A stretch of 64,000 bases of DNA from Octopus sinensis (lineage: Eukaryota), in the NCBI RefSeq assembly GCF_006345805.1, contig NC_043002.1, positions 32,364,001-32,428,000 on the forward strand. The letters run 5' to 3'. Shown here piece after piece: positions 38,282 to 48,049 of the stretch. The notes under the pieces were generated by a model. It was not told the origin of the DNA. It searched no databases and was given only the letters and a program-made list of their open reading frames with translations. Each line of letters begins with the position of its first letter. Position 1 is the stretch's first letter. Made by a program: the position numbers and the translations under genes.

Positions 38282-38331
38282 TGGGTGGAAGGACTTTGGT
38301 CTGATTGGATATTTGGTCTCTTGATCTTGAA
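38282..38331 (-). CDS. Candidate 50-bp exon, identical copy 2
   Basis: Identical to 38695-38744 through the 413-bp tandem duplication. Confidence 0.35.
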
Positions 38332-38544
38332 CTAAATATAAACAAAAGAATTTATTGACATAAATAATTAGATTTAGCATGAAACAAAAACTACAACTAT
38401 CAGCTAACTGCAATTTCAAATCGCTTAGCTTATTTTTATAATCTATCAATAAAACTATAACAATTTGGATATGTAAACTATCGTTACACACACACACACA
38501 CACACTCACACACACATACCCACACACACTTACACACACACACA

Positions 38545-38619
<75 letters not shown>

Positions 38620-38694
38620 TGTGTGTGTACCTGTGTGTATATGTGTAGGTATACGTGTATCAAATAATAATTAGGTTTCAATGAGACAACTTAC

Positions 38695-38744
38695 TGGGTG
38701 GAAGGACTTTGGTCTGATTGGATATTTGGTCTCTTGATCTTGAA
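38695..38744 (-). CDS. Candidate 50-bp exon, phase 0-2 (FKIKRPNIQSDQSPST), copy 1
   Basis: cttttgtttatatttag acceptor, gtaagttg donor; phase fits after a 103-bp exon; all three frames are open, so the frame is inferred. Confidence 0.4.
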
Positions 38745-38944
38745 CTAAATATAAACAAAAGAATTTATTGACATAAATAATTAGATTTAGCATGAAACAA
38801 AAACTACAACTATCAGCTAACTGCAATTTCAAATCGCTTAGCTTATTTTTATAATCTATCAATAAAACTATAACAATTTGGATATGTAAACTATCGTTAC
38901 ACACACACACACACACACTCACACACACACATACCCACACACAC

Positions 38945-38989
<45 letters not shown>

Positions 38990-41043
38990 AACATACATAG
39001 AGAGGGTAGAATCTGAAAATTTCCCACCATAAATCTGTTTTAATAGCGTAATTAAGGGTATTTCTATTAGAATTTCCGTTCTGTCTGCAACAGCGGAAAT
39101 CACCACACTAAAACTATTATGATCAAGCTCTTGCCGTAAGCACCTTCTCCCGAAAGATCAAATCCTGCTCCAATCCTAGGCTTAAGAACTATCTAATTCA
39201 AATACATCCTGAGTCAACACACACCAAAACCACGGTTACGATTTTCCCCACAGTGCATAAGAACTCATCTCAGTACCCTAAACGTTAAAAAGCAGCATAT
39301 TCAACCACCTCTCATACACCTCAAAACTACTCATACGAAATGCAGCATTATAGGTAGAATTACATCCACAATACCAACTATAAAACTAAACCCCGCATCA
39401 GCAAACAGCATATTACCTTATAAAATCTGGGAGAGAACATTACTTTGGTATACCCCCACCCTTTTTCAAATGTTAAGGGCTCACCAGAGCAATTTTTTGC
39501 TATTATCACATTCAATTTACTACCCCACCGTATCTTTAATTGGTCCACCATTAAATTATCTTACTCCTCTGCGCTTTGCATTGAATGCATCGTAGCCACA
39601 TTTAATTAGCGCCATGTTAATGGACATCACCAACGAAGAACAACTAACGAAAATAATAAATATAACAAAAATAATAATAGTCATAATTATAATAATTATA
39701 ATGATTATAGAAATACCAATAATAATAATGATAATCCTTTCTTCATTAATCACTGAGGGTTCATACATAAAATATTAGGGACGGTGCAGGAAAATACAAT
39801 ACCTACGGAGTGCATTGAATCGTGTAAAAGGGGAATAATAATAAAAATTATAACAAATAAATATCCAAAAGGGGAGACTTCTAAGTGCTGCTAGTAGAAA
39901 CCCCACAAAAACCACGATCACTCTGATCCACCTCAACCAGCCTCGATCTAGAGGTGCATGATTACAGCAGACCCGTTCACTCGGGCCATTCGCGTTACAT
40001 TAAATCTAATTTTTGACAAAATAACAAAATAGCTGGGAGGCAGCTACTCCATCTCTACCATCACATTACTTTTCAAGAGAAATTTGAAAAAGTTGATGAG
40101 GGTTTGACCAAAGAGAAAAGTCTCTATCTTCAGCACTTTCAACCTGATCCATCACACAACCTTTCTCGCTAAGGTAACCAGTCAAAGAAACACTGCCTGA
40201 CTTTCCTGGTCAAAGGAAGGCGACGGGGCGATCTTCACGATGGACTCAGCTGATAGCAGGATCCGACATACACGCTACAGCTGGTGTTCGACATAAACCC
40301 ACACATCAGCAATACTCGGGCACTGGACGCGCACGTGCAGAACAATTTCGTCGCTCCGTTTGCGCCTAGGGCAAGCCAGGCTGACGGTACTTCCATGTTT
40401 GTAGAGATATCCCGAACCGGCAATGCCCTCAATCCTAATAGCACTGCGAGACCCGAGATTTCTGGAGATAATTCAGGGTCCCGGCCCGAAAGTCCACCGG
40501 AACAGATCAGCCAGCTCGTTTTGGTGAACGCCCAGTGTCTCCCCTAGAACATCGTCGCACGTACTCGCCACTAACCATCTATAGAACACTTGAGGGTAAC
40601 TTCCACCAACTGCATTGTCCAACTGACAGAGCACTGTGAGCGTCTCATGACACTGTGTCAGGCGCCCTGCCTCGGTCTACGTTTCCTTCAGGACTGCATT
40701 TTTATCTACAGGATACTGTGTCTAGATATGTCCTGGATGACGCTATGCGATTCGTTCACGTCCACATTGGCACGTCAGGGAAATCCATTCGGTAGCTGTC
40801 AGAGAGTCGAAATGTCTTAGTTGATTTCCAATACTTTTACCATGCTCTCTTCTATGCGCTAGCCTCACGCAGTCCAAACGTGGCTCTAAGACTGTGTTTC
40901 AGTCGCTCTTTAACTCTAAAGCATTTTCTCCGCGTGCTACCGATTCTACCAAATCACAGCCTTTACAAGAAACTTTAATAAGGTCGTCATAATATTGACG
41001 AACAACACAATAAGTATGCTTAGTTACAGAAAAATAAACTTAC

Positions 41044-41146
41044 ATTTTGTGGAATTGCCTCTCACTCTTCGATACTTTTCTTAATAGCTACACACTTTGA
41101 CTTCCAATCTGGATCGATTTCATGGTAATATGCATCTTCTTTTAAA
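41044..41146 (-). pseudogene. Paralogous 103-bp exon with in-frame TGA (LKEDAYYHEIDPDWKSKCVAIKKSIEE*EAIPQN)
   Basis: Same acceptor (ttttgtatttcacag) and donor (gtaagttt); KED...EIDP.W conserved with the 47.8-kb copy; TGA at 41064-62. Confidence 0.55.
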
Positions 41147-41267
41147 CTGTGAAATACAAAATAATATATTTAGATACTTTATATCCCTTACTGTATAATA
41201 TATATATATAATATTCCTTTATTTGTTTCAGTCATTTGGTTGCAGTCATGCTAGAGCGCCGCCATGG

Positions 41268-41672
41268 CGTTGGAGTAGCCGTGTGGTAAGTAGCTTGCTT
41301 GCGAACTACATGGTTCTGGTTTCAGTCCCACTGCGTAGCACTTGGGCAAATATCTTCTAATATAGCCTCGGGCCGACCAAAGCCTTGTCAGTGGATTTGG
41401 TAGACGGAAACTAAAAGAAACCCGTCGTATATATGTATATATATATGTATGTGTGTGTATATGTTTTTGTGCCTGTGTTTGTCCCCCCAACATCACTTGA
41501 CAACCGATGCTGGTGTGTTTACGTCCCTGTTACTTAGCGGTTCGGCAAAAGAGACCGATAGAATAAGTAGAAGGCTTACAAAGAATAAGTTCTGGGGTCG
41601 ATTTGCTCGACTAAAGACGGTGCTCCAACATGGCCACAGTCAAATGACTGAAACAAGTAAAAGAGTAAAAGA
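41268..41672 (+). mobile_element. Full-length SINE group C
   Basis: Head, CORE-like block, internal microsatellite, gtaaaaga tandem tail. Confidence 0.88.
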
Positions 41673-42194
41673 GTATACATACACGCACTTACATGCTAAT
41701 AAACAGGTACAAATCTGAACATATGTACAGATATAGATACTTAAAGAGTATATGTTTGTGTATGAGTGTGTGTGTGTGTGAGTATATATGTAAATAACTA
41801 AAAATATAAGCAATAAAGGACTCACAAGGGATGTCAGGTCATTCAGTGGACTATAAAATATTTCACCATTGGTTTAAACACAAAAGTTGCAAAACAGACT
41901 GAATTATATAGTGTTACTTGTTAATTGATGGACTAAGAAATGTAAGTTACAGAGCTGGTGACTTAAATGAAATTCAAGTATAGATATCTAAGATAATGTT
42001 AAAGTATAGATTACTCCCAGCATTAAATAATATTGAAACATGACGTGTTTACTTAATCAAATTACAAAGTATAGGTTTCAGTAAATACTTACAAGAGATT
42101 AAGTAGCAAGTATTCAAAGCAATTTGAAAGGAAAATATAGGTAAATATGAAAAAGGAGAAAAATGCTGAGCTCACACCTTACCACATTTTATTA

Positions 42195-43294
42195 TATGCC
42201 ACAAACTCCGAAACCTTGGTACTACTGCGAAACTAGGAGAGTGGCTGCATGACTTTCTAAAGGGCAGGAGCCAGAAAGTTGTAGCCCATGGTGCTCACTC
42301 TGGGAACTGTACTGGGCCATACTATTTGTGGTGGCCTTCTCAGACAGCCCTTCACGGTATAGTCAGCCAATTTGACCAGTTACACTAAGGACACAAAAGT
42401 ATCGCAAGCAGTTAGGAACCCAGAGGACATTATAAAACTGAAGAAAGACCTGAATGAAATCTACAAAAATAACCTGAAGTTCAATGTTATGAAATTTCAA
42501 GCACTCCACTATTGGCCCAACACCAGGCTTAAAAAATGGGGTTACACTGGACCAGAAGGTAATACGATTCCAGAGTCAGAGTCGGTGCGTGACCTAGTGA
42601 TTCACATGAGTAATGATGCAACATTCAGTGTGCATATTACGATGTCAACACTGTGCAGGCGAGTGGTTGAATGGATTCTGAGGACATTCAGAAGCAGGAA
42701 AAGGGAGGCCCTGTGGATGACTTTCGTTCTCAGCCGCTTAGATTACTGCTCACAAATATGGACCGCAGAGAGTGTGAAACAATATGTGGAACTCGAAGCA
42801 ATCCAGCGCCAATACTCAAAGATGATTGACTCGGTGCAAAAGATGGGCTAATGGGAGAGGCTACAGGAGCTGGGTCTCTATTCTCTGGAGAGATGACGAG
42901 GGCGATATACAGTGATATATATTTAGATCTTGGTGGGTTTAGATTTGGAATTGAGAGGTATGCCAACCCTCAAACTGGACGGCACTGCATCATACCAAAG
43001 ATCCCGTCTTCTACATCTAAAATAAGGACACAGTACTGAAATAGTTTGGATTTCAAGGGCCCGCAATTGTTCGACATCCTCCTGCCATGCAACCTTAGAG
43101 GTCTACATTTTGTTGACTTGGAAGTGTTCAAGGAACATCTGGACAGGTTTCTATCTGAGATGCCAGATGAACCCACATCGTGGCAGGAGACACAAAAACT
43201 TCACCAAAATCAATACCGGAAATAACACCGAGTAACTACAGGTGATGCACCAGCATGACCTCAGTCCTGGGCTGAAACCAGTAGGAGATAAAAG

Positions 43295-43295
<1 letters not shown>
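42195..43295 (+). mobile_element. Decayed CR1-like LINE (same subfamily as 54780-56745)
   Basis: SVRDLVIHMS.D, WILRTFRSR, VLSRLDYCSQIW, FKGPQLF. Confidence 0.88.
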
Positions 43296-43339
<44 letters not shown>

Positions 43340-43350
43340 ATATATATATA

Positions 43351-43508
43351 CTTTATTTAAAGCAGCAGAAAATTCAACAAAACCTATTACTCTGAGTTTC
43401 CCGTTGCCGTTCATCGGACAGTTTTTGCTAGCAAAAACTGTCCGATGAACGGCAACGGGAAACTCAGAGTAACAGGTTTTGTTGAATTTTCTGCTGCTTT
43501 AAATAAAG
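43351..43508. repeat. Spacer-less 158-bp palindrome, 79-bp arms, one mismatch
   Basis: Centre gct|agc at 43429/43430; only mismatch is 43386/43473. Confidence 0.97.
43384..43475. ncRNA. Pair of opposite-strand HHR-like motifs (43438-43475 + and 43384-43421 -)
   Basis: CUGU-CCGAUGA-A-CG-GCAA-CG-G-GAAAC-UCAGA-GUA-ACAG in each arm of a 158-bp palindrome. Confidence 0.5.
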
Positions 43509-43575
43509 CATATTACTCTACCACTGGTATTTGAGTACTCTTTTTTCCACCTTGTTTCACATCATGTGTTTACTC

Positions 43576-43615
<40 letters not shown>

Positions 43616-44288
43616 TTATATATATACGTGTGTATGTATAAATAATAACACTGATTAGCAGCAACGTTACTATTTATATTCACCACACTCCGAACCTTAT
43701 CTTTTCCCCTGAGTTGGATCTTGAGCCTTCCGTGTAATTTTACTTATGCACTTTACATTTGGCCCATGCTTGTGAATGTAAGCGTAACCTGAAGGACAAA
43801 TCCGTATTTATTTTAATAAGTACGTGAGTGTTCGCACACCCAGTTAGTAAGTTATCCGCGACTCTACCTTAGAGCCTTTGTGACTTGAATGCCTTTATTT
43901 TATTGGACGCTAAACATTTTATGATGTATACATACATGCGTACACGTAATTTTGGACCGTTAATCTCTACAGTTTTTCTTTCCGTGTTTTTCGTTCTCTC
44001 TCGATTTTATTACCTCTCAATCCTTTTTGATGAATGGCGTTAGCTTGAAACGTCTGGGCATTAAACTAATGCACTTGTTTGTTGTTCCGATACCTGTCTC
44101 CCTCTTACGTTTTCTGCGCACTTGAACTATGCACTCACACATACGCGCGCGCGCCCCCACGCACAAACACACAAACATACATTTATATATATATATTTCT
44201 TAAGCAAATTAATATTATTGTAAATCGGCTCTCTTATTCTTACGTGAATAATGATTACACGAAAGTGACAAAAGACGAAATTACTCAC

Positions 44289-44323
44289 ACTGATTTCTCT
44301 CTTGAGAGTTTCTTCGAATTAAA
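44289..44323 (-). CDS. Candidate 35-bp exon, phase 0-2 (FNSKKLSREKS)
   Basis: ctgtttcag acceptor, gtgagta donor; joins in frame between the two 103-bp exons. Confidence 0.55.
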
Positions 44324-44696
44324 CTGAAACAGATTAAACATATTGAAAAATGAGGTTAAGTGAAATTACTTAAGAAGTATTGTTTTAAGAGGGCACAACT
44401 CAAGTGCGATTAAAATGTGTTTGTATAGAATAAGCATACGCGTGTGCGCGCGCACACACGCACACAGAAACACACACATGCATACACATATCCATCCATC
44501 CTTAATATCTATCTGTCTGTATTCTACTCATCTCTCCTTTCCTCCCTGTATCTCATCCGCCCTCTGTCTCCCTTCCTCTTTCCCCTCTCACTCTCTGTAT
44601 ATATACATCCACACACACACACATTTATGCACACATATCTATACATAGATACATATATATATATATATAATATATATATATATATTATATATATAT

Positions 44697-44735
<39 letters not shown>

Positions 44736-44881
44736 CAATAATAATAAAGGGTGAAATTAATTAATTAATTAATAATAAATAATTCCACCAAGTAGTATTC
44801 GCCATTTTAAAAGGACCATTTTTTGTTTAAGTTTACCGATAATGGTTCTTTTAACATACCGAAATAATTGGTAAATTTATT

Positions 44882-45082
44882 AAAGAGTACTCCCCCTCCC
44901 CTGCCGGAACCTTGTGGAGTTTTAAGGTGTTTTCGCTCAATAAACACATGCAACGCCCGTCCTGGGAATCGTAACCACGATCCTCCGACTGCGAGTCTGC
45001 TGGCCTAACCACTGGGCCATTGCGCTTCCACGATCATAAATATACTTCATGTCAAAACTGAACTGCTATTTATTTCGATCAA
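44882..45082 (+). repeat. 201-bp exact copy of 47169-47369
   Basis: Identical by eye, including ~55 bp of non-SINE flank; offset 2287. Confidence 0.95.
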
Positions 45083-46589
45083 TTAATTAATTAATTTTAC
45101 CCAAACAGAAAACTAAGTATTATCGAAATAACATCTAATTATGTACAGGAGTGTGTGTGTGTGTGTATGTGTGTGTGTGTGTCTGTGTCTCTGTGTACGC
45201 GCGTGTGCTTTTGTGTGTCTCTGTGTATTTATATTTATAAACATATATGTAGTTTTGGTATGTATGTATGCATCTATTGATATCTTCACAGAGGGTTACG
45301 TTGCATAATCATCAACAGGAGTGCGAAGTGTACTAATAATCAACCTGATGCTTCGTTCTAAGTAGTGAACACTTTACAGCTACTGTCTATAACATGTTAT
45401 CATTCGATGCCGTATCTTCTGGTCGTCAAAATTTACACTGGTTATAATACTGTGTTGTAGGAAAAACAAAATGCAGAACTTAATAAGTAAATATAGCTTA
45501 TAAATTGTAAAATTTAGTAAACTGAACGAAGATCCTTTCTTTTCAGGTTTCTCAAGATTTTAAACATTTAATCAGTGTCTCGCACTCCAAAGATTTATCT
45601 TCTAAGAGTGCTTTGGTGAGATGTTTTACTCATAAAACATCGCATATTTCCATTAATGAACGAAAAAATGGCGGAACCTCCATCTAAACACGTAGTGCCC
45701 AAGAAATAGTTGTTAAAAATTGCTCCAAATCACACGCTGTGACATAAAAGTGGGGGGGACAATGAATATTTACTTTTTAAATTTTGTATACAAATTTTGT
45801 ATAAAAACTACAGGCAACACCAAAATTTACGACGTTTCGTATACAAATACATCTATCCAAAGAGTACGATGGAAGACAGCAAAATAGACATGTTCGTATA
45901 CGATTTGACGTAACTTTCAGAGCTGACTCTAATTTCTAAAGAAACTCTGTAGAGTTAATTTTAAAAGGGATTGAATCACATTGCTAGCGCATGTTGGACT
46001 TTTAAGCCTTTACTATACTTGCTAGCATATATAATGGTGGCATAATGAAAAACGGTGTCCCTAACAGTAGAAGCAAAAAAAATAAAGAAATAAAGAAACA
46101 AGAAACGCAAGCCGAACGAGGAATGGCTTTTATCCAATATTTCACGACAATCGGAAATAACAGTAAAATAAACATGATAGGTGTTGGCATAAGTAAGTTG
46201 TTAAGAAGTCCATTTTGCAACCATGTTGCTTCGATTTCAAACTCTCTTCGCGGTATCTTGGGGAAGTAACTTTTAGTATAACCCTGAGACAACCGGTGAT
46301 TTCTGAGTGAATTTGATAAAGGGGTCCCTTGTGGAAGTCCGTCGTATATGTAAATATGTGACTTTGTGTTTGTCCCCTCCCCATTGCCTGACAACAGGTG
46401 CTGTTTTGTTTAGGTTCCCATAATTTAGCCGCACCAGAAAAGATGCCTACAGAATAAACGCCAGATTTAAATATAAGTGGTGGGTCAATCCGTTGGACAA
46501 AATCCCTTGAGATTGGTGTCCCAGCATGTCCGCAGTCTAATTATTGAAATGGGTAGAAGATAAAATAACAACATACAATATTAGTTATA

Positions 46590-46769
46590 GTTATCGCCAA
46601 GCGAACATAGCAGTCCAAAAAAAAAATAGGACGAATGCTGCCGTTGATTAGTTCCAAGAGGCCATCGCCTCTAGCTAGCTATGTGACAAACAAACCTGTG
46701 TCCATTATAACCTTCGAACGGCAGCATTCGTCCTATTTTTCTGTACTGCCACGTTAGCTTGGTGATAAC
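46590..46769. mobile_element. MITE with ~55-bp imperfect TIRs, TA flanks
   Basis: gttatcgccaagc.aac...aaaaataggacgaatgctgccgtt mirrored at the right end. Confidence 0.85.
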
Positions 46770-46920
46770 TATTAATATCCAGAACCATTGCCGTAGTCTC
46801 CTTTAGAGAAAATTAGAAATAATGATATTTCTAACATACAATATCATTAATAAGATATTTCATCCGCATAATTTATCGACCGGCTAGGGACTAGTAATAT
46901 CAACACCATATTATGTTGCA

Positions 46921-47597
46921 TAAACAAACAACGCATTTAATAAAATATCTGAAGATACATTACGTCGTAAAAGGAAACGAGATAGTGAGGGCTGGAAACT
47001 TTGTGATCACAAATATAACGATAAACGTCGCCCTTATCAAGCCTAGCCAGGCTTATGGGCCCGGTTTCCCGGTTTCTGTGGTGTATGTGTTTCCCCCAGC
47101 TGGACAGGACGCCAGTCCATTGCAGCGTTACTCAAGAAAGAGGAAGAGAGTGAGAGAAAGTTGTGGCGAAAGAGTACTCCCCCTCCCCTGCCGGAACCTT
47201 GTGGAGTTTTAAGGTGTTTTCGCTCAATAAACACATGCAACGCCCGTCCTGGGAATCGTAACCACGATCCTCCGACTGCGAGTCTGCTGGCCTAACCACT
47301 GGGCCATTGCGCTTCCACGATCATAAATATACTTCATGTCAAAACTGAACTGCTATTTATTTCGATCAACTTCGAAAATATGAAGGGTAAAGTCGACCTC
47401 GACAAAATTTGAGCTTACAACGTAAATTCAAAAAAATAGGCAACGTATTTTGTCCACGTGCTAGCGATTCTATCATCTTAATGCTTCCAAAAGAAAATGT
47501 AATAATCGTTTCAAACAAGACCAGCAATTTCGGAGGAGACGCAATTCGATTACATTGATCCCAGTACTCAGTTGGTGCGAATTTTATCGACAGTGGA
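46921..47597 (+). repeat. Segmental duplication, paralogous to 63325-64000 (offset ~16,403)
   Basis: Colinear match, roughly 90% by eye, including unique spacers and the same SINE insertions. Confidence 0.95.
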
Positions 47598-47789
47598 AGA
47601 AAGAAAGCAAAGTTGACCGAATTGAAATTTGAAATCACAATATAACGCCAGAAGAAATGCCGCTAAGCATTTTGTCCGCGTGCTACCGATTCTTCTAACT
47701 CACAGCCTTCAAATGAAAACTTAACTAGATCGTCATAACATTGAATGGCATCGCAATAAGTATGTCTAGTTACAGAAAAATAAACTTAC

Positions 47790-47892
47790 TCCGGGTGTAA
47801 TTTCCTCGTACTCCTGGAAATCTTCGTTAACATATATATTCTTTTTCTCCCAATTTGGATCGATTTCTTCGGAACGTTTATCTTCTTTTACA
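47790..47892 (-). CDS. Candidate 103-bp exon of an unknown minus-strand gene (VKEDKRSEEIDPNWEKKNIYVNEDFQEYEEITPG)
   Basis: ttttgtatttcacag acceptor and gtaagttt donor on the minus strand; open in phase 2-0; same length, splice sites and flanks as the 41044-41146 paralogue. Confidence 0.65.
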
Positions 47893-47951
47893 CTGTGAAA
47901 TACAAAATATTGTTACACATAAATATATTTAAATTCTGATATCCATCATTA

Positions 47952-48039
<88 letters not shown>

Positions 48040-48049
48040 CATATATATA

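Larger units (their letters stand above)
38202..38955. repeat. 413-bp tandem duplication bounded by (CA)n(TA)n microsatellites
   Basis: Unique core 38202-38486 repeated identically at +413. Confidence 0.95.

Noticed and set aside
41062-41064. Selenocysteine recoding of the in-frame TGA
   Set aside because: Aligns to Tyr, not Cys, in the paralogue; no SECIS-like element seen
41826-41850. 25-bp minus-strand micro-exon (PLNDLTSL)
   Set aside because: Good splice sites, but phase 2-0 cannot fit between the 44.3-kb and 41.1-kb exons and no paralogue was seen
46002-46394. 130-aa hydrophobic ORF as a membrane protein or TM exon
   Set aside because: Hydrophobicity follows from antisense reading of A-rich DNA; starts inside a SINE; no clear splice boundaries
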